Shown: piece by piece, positions 38,915 through 46,718 of the stretch
How the letters are laid out: each line of letters starts with the position of its first letter
Numbering within the stretch: the stretch's first letter is position 1
Assembly: GCA_964474085.1 (NCBI GenBank)
Contig: CAYYRJ010000009.1
Span: 13,570 to 77,569 of the forward strand
Source: an uncultured Planctomycetales bacterium
GTDB lineage: Bacteria > Omnitrophota > Gorgyraeia > Zapsychrales > JANLHA01
Length of the DNA stretch: 64,000 nt
Reading direction: 5' to 3'
The notes under the pieces: model-generated
What the model was told of the DNA's origin: nothing
The model's input: the letters and a program-made list of their open reading frames with translations, nothing else
The model's database searches: none
Position numbers and translations under genes: made by a program

Positions 38915-39030
38915 AATGGCGGTTAGGGATGAGCTTCCAAAGCGAGTTCCGCAGCCTAGGCGCTTACCTAAAGCTCTCAATAAGGGTAAGCGACTAGTGC
39001 GAGGACTGTTTGAGCGACGAAGGTCACTCC
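38915..39030. repeat. Family-3 long-hairpin repeat, copy b (subfamily 1, reverse orientation)
   Basis: Core nearly identical to copy a in reverse complement. Unique outer stem aatggcggttagg/cctaaccgccat. Confidence 0.8.
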
Positions 39031-39045
39031 TAACCGCCATCGCAA

Positions 39046-40284
39046 TCATAAATTCGGATACAACACAAATTCCTTGGTCAATTTTAAAACATCTGCCTTA
39101 ACTTGAGCCAGTTTCACTTCATCGCTATGATTGACGATTGCCGCATCAATCAAGTCTGCGACCTGCTGCATTTGTTTTTCTCGCATCCCGCGTGTCGTTA
39201 GGGCGGGTGTGCCGATACGAATTCCGCTGGTCACCATAGGACTGGCTGTATCAAAGGGAATCAAGTTTTTGTTAACCGTAATATTGACCTTATCCAAAAT
39301 TTCAGACGCTTCTTTGCCGGTGACATTTTTAGGACGCAGATCCACCATAAAAAGATGATTATCGGTCCCTCCGGCGACAATTCGAAAACCCAAGCTACCC
39401 AGCGCCAAAGACAAAGCTTTACTATTTTTGATCACCTGGGCCTGATATGTTTTAAACTCCGGCTCAAGCGCTTCCTTAAAAGCCACCGCCTTGGCTGCAA
39501 TAACATGCATCAAGGGCCCGCCTTGAATGCCAGGAAAAATTGCCGAGTCAATGCGTTTGGCAAATTGTTCCCTGCATAGAATCATCCCGCCCCGAGGTCC
39601 GCGCAATGTTTTGTGCGTTGTCGTCGTGACAAACTCGGCATACGGCACAGGATTCGGGTGAAGCCCGGCAGCGACAAGACCGGCGATATGCGCCATGTCC
39701 ACAAAAAGACAAGCGCCGACACTATCACAAATTTCTCTAAACTTCTTAAAATCCAGCGTCCGCGAATACGCGGATGCGCCGGCAATAATCATCTTCGGTT
39801 TGTGTTCCTTGGCCAAAGCGGTCACGTCATTCATATCGATCATTTCCGTCGACGGATTGACTTTGTAAGTGACCACATTATAGGTTCGTCCCGAAAAATT
39901 CATTTTATGCCCATGCGTCAAGTGTCCGCCACAAGCCAAATCCAGCGCTAAGACCGTGTCTCCGGGATTGATAGCAACATTGTACACAGCATTATTGGCT
40001 TGAGAACCGGAATGCGGCTGGACATTGACATGCTCTGCGCCAAAAAGTTTCTTTGCCCGGTCAATGGCCAATTGCTCAACGACGTCAACATGCTCGCAAC
40101 CGCCGTACCAGCGTTTGGAAGGATAGCCTTCCGCATATTTATTGGTCATGACCGACCCTTGCGCTTGCAATACCGCCTGAGAAACAATATTTTCCGACGC
40201 AATTAATTCTAAATTATCCCGCTGACGAGCTAATTCATTTTTAATCGCCTGAAAAACTTCAGGGTCAACATTTTTTAAATCCAT
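39046..40284 (-). CDS. glyA: Serine hydroxymethyltransferase
   Basis: Canonical SHMT sequence. Start reset to ATG at 40282-40284 ([11 protein letters not shown]...) with an AAGAGG RBS. The longer ORF-track start would lie inside repeat 2d. Confidence 0.95.
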   Translation of the reverse strand: MDLKNVDPEVFQAIKNELARQRDNLELIASENIVSQAVLQAQGSVMTNKYAEGYPSKRWYGGCEHVDVVEQLAIDRAKKLFGAEHVNVQPHSGSQANNAVYNVAINPGDTVLALDLACGGHLTHGHKMNFSGRTYNVVTYKVNPSTEMIDMNDVTALAKEHKPKMIIAGASAYSRTLDFKKFREICDSVGACLFVDMAHIAGLVAAGLHPNPVPYAEFVTTTTHKTLRGPRGGMILCREQFAKRIDSAIFPGIQGGPLMHVIAAKAVAFKEALEPEFKTYQAQVIKNSKALSLALGSLGFRIVAGGTDNHLFMVDLRPKNVTGKEASEILDKVNITVNKNLIPFDTASPMVTSGIRIGTPALTTRGMREKQMQQVADLIDAAIVNHSDEVKLAQVKADVLKLTKEFVLYPNL

Positions 40285-40307
40285 GCTCTGCCTCTTTCTA
40301 AAATTAT

Positions 40308-40390
40308 TCCGTAAATTACTGATTAAGGAAGTCCTTTTTAGGCTCAATTGTTTCGCGCCTCTATGGCGCTATTCGCCTTAAAAGGACTTC
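40308..40390. repeat. Family-2 structured repeat, copy d (reverse orientation)
   Basis: Core ggctcaattgtttcgcgcctctatggcgctattcgcctt inside a perfect 20-bp stem ctgattaaggaagtccttttt / aaaaggacttccttaatcag. Confidence 0.85.
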
Positions 40391-40434
40391 CTTAATCAGC
40401 TTAAACCTTACCTTATCAATTCATCGTTTTAAAT

Positions 40435-40899
40435 TTATATTTTTTTCCCTAATGACTTTCGTTCAATCGCTTTGATCTGCTTAACACGGCGCAAATGACG
40501 GCCACCTTCAAATTCGGTATTGAGCCACACCTTGATAATGCCCTCAAGCTCGTCGGGATTGACAAACTTTGCGCCTAAAACCAAAACATTAGCATTATTA
40601 TGCGCACGCGAAAGCACGGCAGCTTCTTTCGTATAACAAAGCGCCGCATAAGACCCAACGACTTTATTGGCTGCAATCGAATGCCCAATACCCGTCATGC
40701 ACGCCAAAATTCCGCGACTGCCCTTTGTCTTTGCCACATTCATAGCTACTTTGCAAGAGATCGGCGGATAATCACAGATCTCACCGACCTCATAAGAACC
40801 TACATCGACAATCGTGTGCCCCAGCGTTTTCAAATAAGAAATGATCCGCTCTTTAAGGTCAAACCCGCGATGATCCGCGCCGATAAAAATTTTCATCAA
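40435..40899 (-). CDS. rpiB: Ribose-5-phosphate isomerase B
   Basis: MKIFIGADHRGFDLK..., active-site C (GICD), 154 aa, LacAB/RpiB fold. Confidence 0.85.
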   Translation of the reverse strand: MMKIFIGADHRGFDLKERIISYLKTLGHTIVDVGSYEVGEICDYPPISCKVAMNVAKTKGSRGILACMTGIGHSIAANKVVGSYAALCYTKEAAVLSRAHNNANVLVLGAKFVNPDELEGIIKVWLNTEFEGGRHLRRVKQIKAIERKSLGKKI

Positions 40900-40905
40900 T
40901 TTTTC

Positions 40906-41988
40906 CTATAGTAATTTTACAAGTTTAGCGACAGCGCTTTTGATCATCACCGCGCACTCTTCATACGTCTCAAAAGATTTTCCCATCGGGTCGGGAATAT
41001 CCAAATCCCCGTCGTAACCGGGCCTCTCCTGCAAAAATTCGCGCAGCTGATACACTCTTTTTTCAACCGCCGGCACGCGCTCTAAAACTTGCTGGCGATG
41101 ACTGCGGGTCATAACCAAAATCAAGTCCGACTTGCGAAGCAAAATACTGCCAATCGGTTGCGACTGATGTTTGGAAGCATCAATCCCTTCTTTGCGCAAA
41201 ACGTTTAACGTTTCCGTGCTCGCCGAGGTATGAAAATAAACAGCTGTTCCGGCAGAAACAACTTCAACATCGTCTTTGCCTTTTAACATATCTTTGAGCA
41301 AATATTCGGCCATCACTGACCGGCAGCTATTACCCGTACAAACAAAAAGAACACGTTTTTTTTGCGTAATCCGGTCGACATCCTCTTGTGTAATCGGACC
41401 CTGCCGCAAAACAACCGGCGCCTCTTTTGTAAAATCCACAACCGATGAAGCCAGACCAAATTTGGCTTCACCTCCATCGATAGCCAAATCAACTAACCCG
41501 TCAAGATCCTTAAGCGCCGCCTCACACGTCGAAGGCGGCGGGTTGCCAGCAAAATTAGCCGATGGAGCTGCAACCGTACATTGCGATTCTTCAACAAGAC
41601 TTAAAGCGATTTTATTCTGAGGAATACGAACGCCAATCGTGCGTCCCTCTTCAAACGAGGGGACAACAACCGTCAAAGGGCCCGGCCAGCACTCATCAAT
41701 CAACTTATAAACTTCCGGCGACTTAATCGGCGTATAGTTGGGCAATAGACTTTTTTGAGAAATATGGATCGAAAACGGCTTGTCCCCGTCACGGCGCTTG
41801 ACGTCCCGCAAGCGGGCCATTGCTTTAGGGTTATTAAAATCCGCGGCAATCCCATACACCGTTTCCGTCGGAAAAACAACCAACCCGCCCTGACGGATGA
41901 CTCCCGCACAATGAGCGATGCGGTCTGTTTCAGGTGTTTCGGGATTGATTTTTATAATTTGCGTTTTCACAATTTTTATCAAGATCAT
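40906..41988 (-). CDS. Fusion protein: L-threonylcarbamoyladenylate synthase (TsaC/Sua5/YwlC domain) + low-molecular-weight protein phosphatase (YwlE-like)
   Basis: N-terminal GGLVVFPTETVYGIAAD (YrdC fold). C-terminal LFVCTGNSCRSVMAEY is the CX5R(S/T) LMW-PTP P-loop. Start taken as ATG at 41986-41988, because the longer ORF start lies inside repeat 3c. Confidence 0.7.
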   Translation of the reverse strand: MILIKIVKTQIIKINPETPETDRIAHCAGVIRQGGLVVFPTETVYGIAADFNNPKAMARLRDVKRRDGDKPFSIHISQKSLLPNYTPIKSPEVYKLIDECWPGPLTVVVPSFEEGRTIGVRIPQNKIALSLVEESQCTVAAPSANFAGNPPPSTCEAALKDLDGLVDLAIDGGEAKFGLASSVVDFTKEAPVVLRQGPITQEDVDRITQKKRVLFVCTGNSCRSVMAEYLLKDMLKGKDDVEVVSAGTAVYFHTSASTETLNVLRKEGIDASKHQSQPIGSILLRKSDLILVMTRSHRQQVLERVPAVEKRVYQLREFLQERPGYDGDLDIPDPMGKSFETYEECAVMIKSAVAKLVKLL

Positions 41989-41995
41989 CTTTAAC

Positions 41996-42123
41996 GAGGC
42001 TATTGCGGTAACCTTCGTCGCTCGAACAGTCCTCGCGCACACCGCTTACTCTAAATTTAAAAGACAAACAGGTAAGCGGCGTGGCTGCGGAACTCGCTTG
42101 GGAAGGTCACCGCAACAGCCTCG
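41996..42123. repeat. Family-3 long-hairpin repeat, copy c (subfamily 2)
   Basis: Same conserved arms. Inner stem is cacaccgcttac/gtaagcggcgtg. Unique outer stem gaggctattgcggtaacc/ggtcaccgcaacagcctc. Confidence 0.8.
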
Positions 42124-42138
42124 CAATTAAAAATTCCC

Positions 42139-42612
42139 TTAATTCTCCAAAACCCGCTTGCGCTGATCGTCGGAAAAGTCCTCAAGCTTTTTGGCTAGCC
42201 CTTGATCAGCCAAAGCCAAAATCCGTATCGCCAAAAGCGCCGCATTCTTAGCCCCGTTTTTTCCGATGGCAACAGCGCCGACCGGCACTCCGGGAGGCAT
42301 TTGCACCGTCGAAAGAAGTGAATCCAAACCATTTAAAACAGATTCAATCGGAACACCTAAAACCGGCAGGTTCGTATGCGCCGCGACAACGCCAGCCAAG
42401 GCCGCTGCACCGCCGGCACCGCAAATAATAACCTGTATCCCTTTTGACTTTGCGTTTTCGGCATATGCGGCTGTCTCACGCGGAGTCCGATGCGCAGACA
42501 AAACCTTGATTTCATAGCCGACTCCAAAATCTTTCAAAATCTTAGCCGCCTCTTCCATCGTCGGAAGATCTGACTTGCTGCCCATCATGAGTGCAACCTG
42601 AATTTTTTGCAT
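42139..42612 (-). CDS. purE: N5-carboxyaminoimidazole ribonucleotide mutase
   Basis: Start reset to ATG at 42610-42612 with an AAGGAGG RBS ([16 protein letters not shown]...). Confidence 0.9.
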   Translation of the reverse strand: MQKIQVALMMGSKSDLPTMEEAAKILKDFGVGYEIKVLSAHRTPRETAAYAENAKSKGIQVIICGAGGAAALAGVVAAHTNLPVLGVPIESVLNGLDSLLSTVQMPPGVPVGAVAIGKNGAKNAALLAIRILALADQGLAKKLEDFSDDQRKRVLEN

Positions 42613-42625
42613 CTGATATCCTCCT

Positions 42626-43945
42626 TTACCGGCCGATTGCATCTGCGGATCTTAACGAATCTCTTTTTACCGCTTTGGCGGCAATATCTCGGCGGAAAAA
42701 CATGTGGTCAAACTTTATTTTTTCAACGGCTATATAAACTTTTTTGATCGCTTCCTTAATATTAGTGCCTAAACTAACAACGCCCAAAACCCGCCCCCCT
42801 GCTGTAACAATCTTATCCCCATCTTTTTTGGTCCCAGCGTGAAAAACAAAAGTATCTTTTTCTTCTGTCGCTGCGGGCAAACCTTTAATCTCGTAACCTG
42901 TTTGATATTTCCCAGGATAACCGCCAGAGCTCATCACAACGCAAACACAAGGACGCTTGTCCCATGCAAGTTCAATTTCATTGAGTCGACCTTCGCAGCT
43001 GGCAAGAATCAGTTCGATAAGATCGTTTTTTAGGCGCGGCAAAACCGCCTGCGTTTCCGGATCGCCAAAACGGACATTGTACTCCAAAACCTGCGGCCCC
43101 TGCGAGGTTATCATAAGTCCCGCGTAAAGGACCCCGCGAAACGGCATGCCCTCACGGGCCATCCCGCGCACCGTCGGCTCAATGACGCGCGCTTCAATTT
43201 TTCGCAAAAGCGTGTCAGTCACAACCGGTGCCGGACAGTAGGCGCCCATGCCGCCGGTGTTAGGCCCCAAATCATCGTCAAAAATTCTTTTATGATCTTG
43301 CGCAGATTCCAAAATCAGATAATCTTCGCCGTCACAAATCGCCAGAATTGAAACCTCTTCGCCCACCAAAAAGTCTTCAATAACAATCTTTGTCCCCGCC
43401 TGTGCAAAAATTTTATCTTTCATCATCTGTTCAACGGCGACCAACGCCTCCTGCAAAGTATTACAAATGACAACGCCTTTCCCAGCGGCCAACCCGTCGG
43501 CTTTAACAACGAGCGGAAATTGCGCGTGATTTAAAAACGCGCAAGCATCTTCAATACGATCAAAATTCATAAATGTTGCCGTCGGGATATTGCAGCGGAG
43601 CATAAATTCTTTAGAAAAAGTCTTGCTGCCCTCCAGCTGTGCGGCCATCTGGCTTGGGCCAAAAATCTTGAGTTTCGCTTTTTCGAACTGATCGACAATC
43701 CCCGCCGTCAAAGGCGCTTCAGGGCCCACCACCGTCAAATCAATCTTTTCTTTTTTTGCAAATTTTAAAAGACCGGCGATATCATCGCTGTTAATGTCAA
43801 CGCACAAAGCGCAGGATGCGATCCCCGCATTGCCCGGAGCACAATACAACTTTTCAAGCCGCGGACTCTGAGCAAGCTTCCAAGCTAAAGCATGCTCGCG
43901 AGCACCAGAACCGATGAGCAGAACTTTTAATTTTTTTTCCATCAT
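42626..43945 (-). CDS. purD: Phosphoribosylamine--glycine ligase
   Basis: ATP-grasp fold. N-terminus [17 protein letters not shown]. Confidence 0.9.
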   Translation of the reverse strand: MMEKKLKVLLIGSGAREHALAWKLAQSPRLEKLYCAPGNAGIASCALCVDINSDDIAGLLKFAKKEKIDLTVVGPEAPLTAGIVDQFEKAKLKIFGPSQMAAQLEGSKTFSKEFMLRCNIPTATFMNFDRIEDACAFLNHAQFPLVVKADGLAAGKGVVICNTLQEALVAVEQMMKDKIFAQAGTKIVIEDFLVGEEVSILAICDGEDYLILESAQDHKRIFDDDLGPNTGGMGAYCPAPVVTDTLLRKIEARVIEPTVRGMAREGMPFRGVLYAGLMITSQGPQVLEYNVRFGDPETQAVLPRLKNDLIELILASCEGRLNEIELAWDKRPCVCVVMSSGGYPGKYQTGYEIKGLPAATEEKDTFVFHAGTKKDGDKIVTAGGRVLGVVSLGTNIKEAIKKVYIAVEKIKFDHMFFRRDIAAKAVKRDSLRSADAIGR

Positions 43946-44943
43946 ACAAACCGTATTTTTTGTGAAGGATCTTTAACGACTTGGCCGATTTCGAAATTTT
44001 CAACGCCCTGTTTTTTTAATAGAGCGCGTATTTTTGCTGCATTTTTTGCCGGCACAACTAAAACCATTCCGACACCCATGTTAAATGTACGAAACATTTC
44101 CACCTCAGCAACACGGCCTTTTTCCTGGATTTTTTTAAATATCGCCGGAACCGGCCAACTGCCGCGGACAATTTGAAAACATTTTCCCTGCGGTAAAATC
44201 TTCGTCATCTTTTCATAAAACGCACCCCCGGTCACATGCGCAATCCCATGAACCGTGTGTTTAGCCAAAACAGCCAAAACTGGCTTAACATAAATTCTCG
44301 TCGGCACAAGCAGCTCTTTAGCTAAAACTTTTTGTTCTTCAGCCGAAAAAACTTTGCGCGCCAGGCTAAAGCCGTTAGAATGCAAACCGCTGGACGCCAA
44401 ACCAATCACAACATCCCCAATCCGAATCTTAGAACCGTCAATAATATTTTTCTTTTCAACAACCCCGACGGTAAAACCAGCTAAGTCGTACTCATCTTGC
44501 CTGTAAAGCCCGGGCATTTCCGCTGTCTCGCCGCCCACCAAAGCACAGCCAGCCTGCCGACAACCTTCGGTAATTCCTTTCACGACTTCGATTAAAAGCT
44601 TAGGATGCACCTTGCCGCAAGCAATATAATCCAAAAAGAAAAGCGGTTTAGCGCCGACACAAAGCACATCATTGACATTCATGGCAACAAGGTCAATGCC
44701 AACCGTGTCGTGGATATTGGCACTTTTAGCGATCAGAAGTTTTGTCCCCACACCATCCGTCGAGGAAACCAGAACGGGATTTTTATATTTGCCGCCTAAC
44801 TCAAAAAGTCCGCCAAAAGACCCTTTGCGCGACAAAGCCCCCTTAACCATTGTCGACTTGACCAAAGCGCCAATGCCATCGACGAAACGATTTGCTTCGT
44901 CGATATCCACACCGCTGTCTTTATACGTTAATCCGTTTTTCAT
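43942..44943 (-). CDS. purM: Phosphoribosylformylglycinamidine cyclo-ligase (AIR synthetase)
   Basis: YKDSGVDIDEAN N-terminus and the PurM fold. Confidence 0.9.
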   Translation of the reverse strand: MKNGLTYKDSGVDIDEANRFVDGIGALVKSTMVKGALSRKGSFGGLFELGGKYKNPVLVSSTDGVGTKLLIAKSANIHDTVGIDLVAMNVNDVLCVGAKPLFFLDYIACGKVHPKLLIEVVKGITEGCRQAGCALVGGETAEMPGLYRQDEYDLAGFTVGVVEKKNIIDGSKIRIGDVVIGLASSGLHSNGFSLARKVFSAEEQKVLAKELLVPTRIYVKPVLAVLAKHTVHGIAHVTGGAFYEKMTKILPQGKCFQIVRGSWPVPAIFKKIQEKGRVAEVEMFRTFNMGVGMVLVVPAKNAAKIRALLKKQGVENFEIGQVVKDPSQKIRFV

Positions 44944-44952
44944 ATTAATTTC

Positions 44953-45084
44953 GAGTGGTTGTTAAAGTATCCTTCCTAAGCGAGTTCCGCAGCCACGCCG
45001 CTTACCTGTATGCCTTTAAAATTCAGAGCAAGTGGCGTGCGCGAGGACTGTTTGAGCTAAGGAAGGATGCTTTAACAGCCACTC
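44953..45084. repeat. Family-3 long-hairpin repeat, copy d (subfamily 2, reverse orientation)
   Basis: Conserved arms in reverse complement. Unique outer stem gtggttgttaaagtatccttcc/ggaaggatgctttaacagccac, about 22 bp with two T/C differences. Confidence 0.8.
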
Positions 45085-45093
45085 ATAAACATT

Positions 45094-45996
45094 CTAAATC
45101 AAATTCTTCTTTATATACTCTACCCCGTTTTCAAAAATCTTAGCCCCTTGGCCAAACTTTTCGCGCGACGCCAATCGCGTCCACGACGGATGTTGAAGCG
45201 AAAGAAAATGTCTTTCCGGATGCGGCATCAGCCCCAAAATCCGTCCTGTCGCATCCGTAATCCCGGCGATATTATCAATCGCACCATTGGGATTCGCAGG
45301 ATAAACCGGAGTATCCCCATTTTCATCACAATAGCGAAAAATAACTTGCCCGCTGTCTTTTAAACGACTCAAAACATTTTCATCTAAAGCAACAAATTTC
45401 CCCTCCGCATGCGCCACCGGTAAATAGATCACTTCATTTAAGCCTTGCGTCCAAACACAATGTCCGTCGGGCTTTAAGTAAATCCAACGGTCTTCAAATT
45501 TTCCGGAATCATTATGCGTCAGCGTTACAGTTTGCGAAAAGACTATCTGCTCGACAGCGGGTGACGCGAAGGGGAGTTCCCTTGCCTTTCCGAAAGAATT
45601 AAGGAAGGCAGGATCCCGCAACGGCAGCGCAAGTCCCGCAACGCGGGGGACCCGCTGAAAAAACGTCCCAGGCAAAATTCCTGCTCGCACCAAAACCTGA
45701 AACCCATTGCAAATCCCGATAATAAGTTTTCCGTCGGCAATAAAACGCTTTATTTCTTCTCCCAGACGCAGACGAAGTTCATTGGCCAAAATGCGTCCCG
45801 AGATAATATCATCCCCATAACTAAACCCGCCGGCAAGCGCGAGGATCTGATAATTCTCTAATTTCTTTTCACCGCTGACAAGCCGATTAATGTGGACTCG
45901 CTCAACGTGAGCACCAGAACTTTCAAAAGCGAAAGCTGTCTCCACATCGCAATTGGTTCCTGCGGTACGCAAAACTAGGACTTTGGGGTGAACCAT
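45094..45996 (-). CDS. purQ: FGAM synthase glutamine amidotransferase subunit (PurQ-like, long form)
   Basis: Class-I GATase with GICNGFQ catalytic Cys. 300 aa, which is longer than typical PurQ. Confidence 0.8.
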   Translation of the reverse strand: MVHPKVLVLRTAGTNCDVETAFAFESSGAHVERVHINRLVSGEKKLENYQILALAGGFSYGDDIISGRILANELRLRLGEEIKRFIADGKLIIGICNGFQVLVRAGILPGTFFQRVPRVAGLALPLRDPAFLNSFGKARELPFASPAVEQIVFSQTVTLTHNDSGKFEDRWIYLKPDGHCVWTQGLNEVIYLPVAHAEGKFVALDENVLSRLKDSGQVIFRYCDENGDTPVYPANPNGAIDNIAGITDATGRILGLMPHPERHFLSLQHPSWTRLASREKFGQGAKIFENGVEYIKKNLI

Positions 45997-46688
45997 TTTT
46001 TGGGATTAATCAGGTTATCAAAATCTTGTTTAATATAAAAATCCTTAATTTCTTTGGCAACATCCTCGGCGGTATCGACTACTTTAAACATATCCAGATC
46101 GGCAAGGTCAATATTTTTTTCGGCGGCCATGGTATTTTTTAACCACTCCAACAAACCTTTCCAGTATTCTTTTCCGACGAGAATAACGGGAAATCGCTCA
46201 ATGCGCTGCGTCTGGATCAAAGTCAAACTTTCAAAAAGCTCATCCATCGTCCCAAACCCGCCGGGAAAAATCACGAACGCTTTGGCATATTTGACAAACA
46301 TGACCTTGCGGCAAAAAAAGTAATGAAAATTGATAAGCGTTTTGGCAAACGGATTGGGCTTCTGTTCAAAGGGAAGGTCAATGTTAAGCCCGACGGATTC
46401 GCCTTCAGCTTCCGCAGCTCCTTTGTTGCCGGCTTCCATGATCCCAGGACCCCCGCCGGTAATCACAGCAAATCCTTCTTTGACCAGCAACGACGCCGTT
46501 TGCTCAGCAAGCTTGTAAAAATGGTCTGTTTTTTTAGTGCGGGCAGAACCAAAAATACTAACTGCGTCTCCGACTTTGGACATTTCATCAAATCCCTCGA
46601 CAAATTCGGCCATAATCCGAAAAACGCGCCAAGGGTCTTCCATTTTGGTCAATTCATTATCTGTTCTTCTACGCCTTTTATTTACCAT
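45975..46688 (-). CDS. LOG-family (TIGR00730) nucleotide phosphoribohydrolase-like protein
   Basis: GGGPGIMEA and PGGFGTMDEL motifs of the LOG/YvdD family. Overlaps purQ by 22 nt. Confidence 0.8.
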   Translation of the reverse strand: MVNKRRRRTDNELTKMEDPWRVFRIMAEFVEGFDEMSKVGDAVSIFGSARTKKTDHFYKLAEQTASLLVKEGFAVITGGGPGIMEAGNKGAAEAEGESVGLNIDLPFEQKPNPFAKTLINFHYFFCRKVMFVKYAKAFVIFPGGFGTMDELFESLTLIQTQRIERFPVILVGKEYWKGLLEWLKNTMAAEKNIDLADLDMFKVVDTAEDVAKEIKDFYIKQDFDNLINPKKWFTPKS

Positions 46689-46718
46689 ACGGAAAATCTC
46701 CTTAATTTGCCGCTAAAA

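Noticed and set aside
40285-40347. Longer N-terminal extensions of glyA (to 40347), tatC (to 60645), purB (to 51852), purE (to 42642), hrcA (to 27208), hflX (to 31837) and the Sua5 fusion (to 42042) given by the ORF track
   Set aside because: The extensions run into repeat elements or neighbouring genes. In every case an internal ATG with a good RBS gives the canonical N-terminus.
12843-45084. Repeat families as a CRISPR array or integron attC sites
   Set aside because: Copies are kilobases apart with no regular spacing and no cas or intI genes. attC sites have conserved ends and variable centres, which is the opposite of these elements.
12843-45084. Repeat cores as known small self-cleaving ribozymes (hammerhead, twister, pistol, hatchet)
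   Set aside because: No CUGAUGA/GAAA hammerhead core and no twister or pistol conserved nucleotides that I can recognise. A novel ribozyme is not excluded, but it is unsupported.
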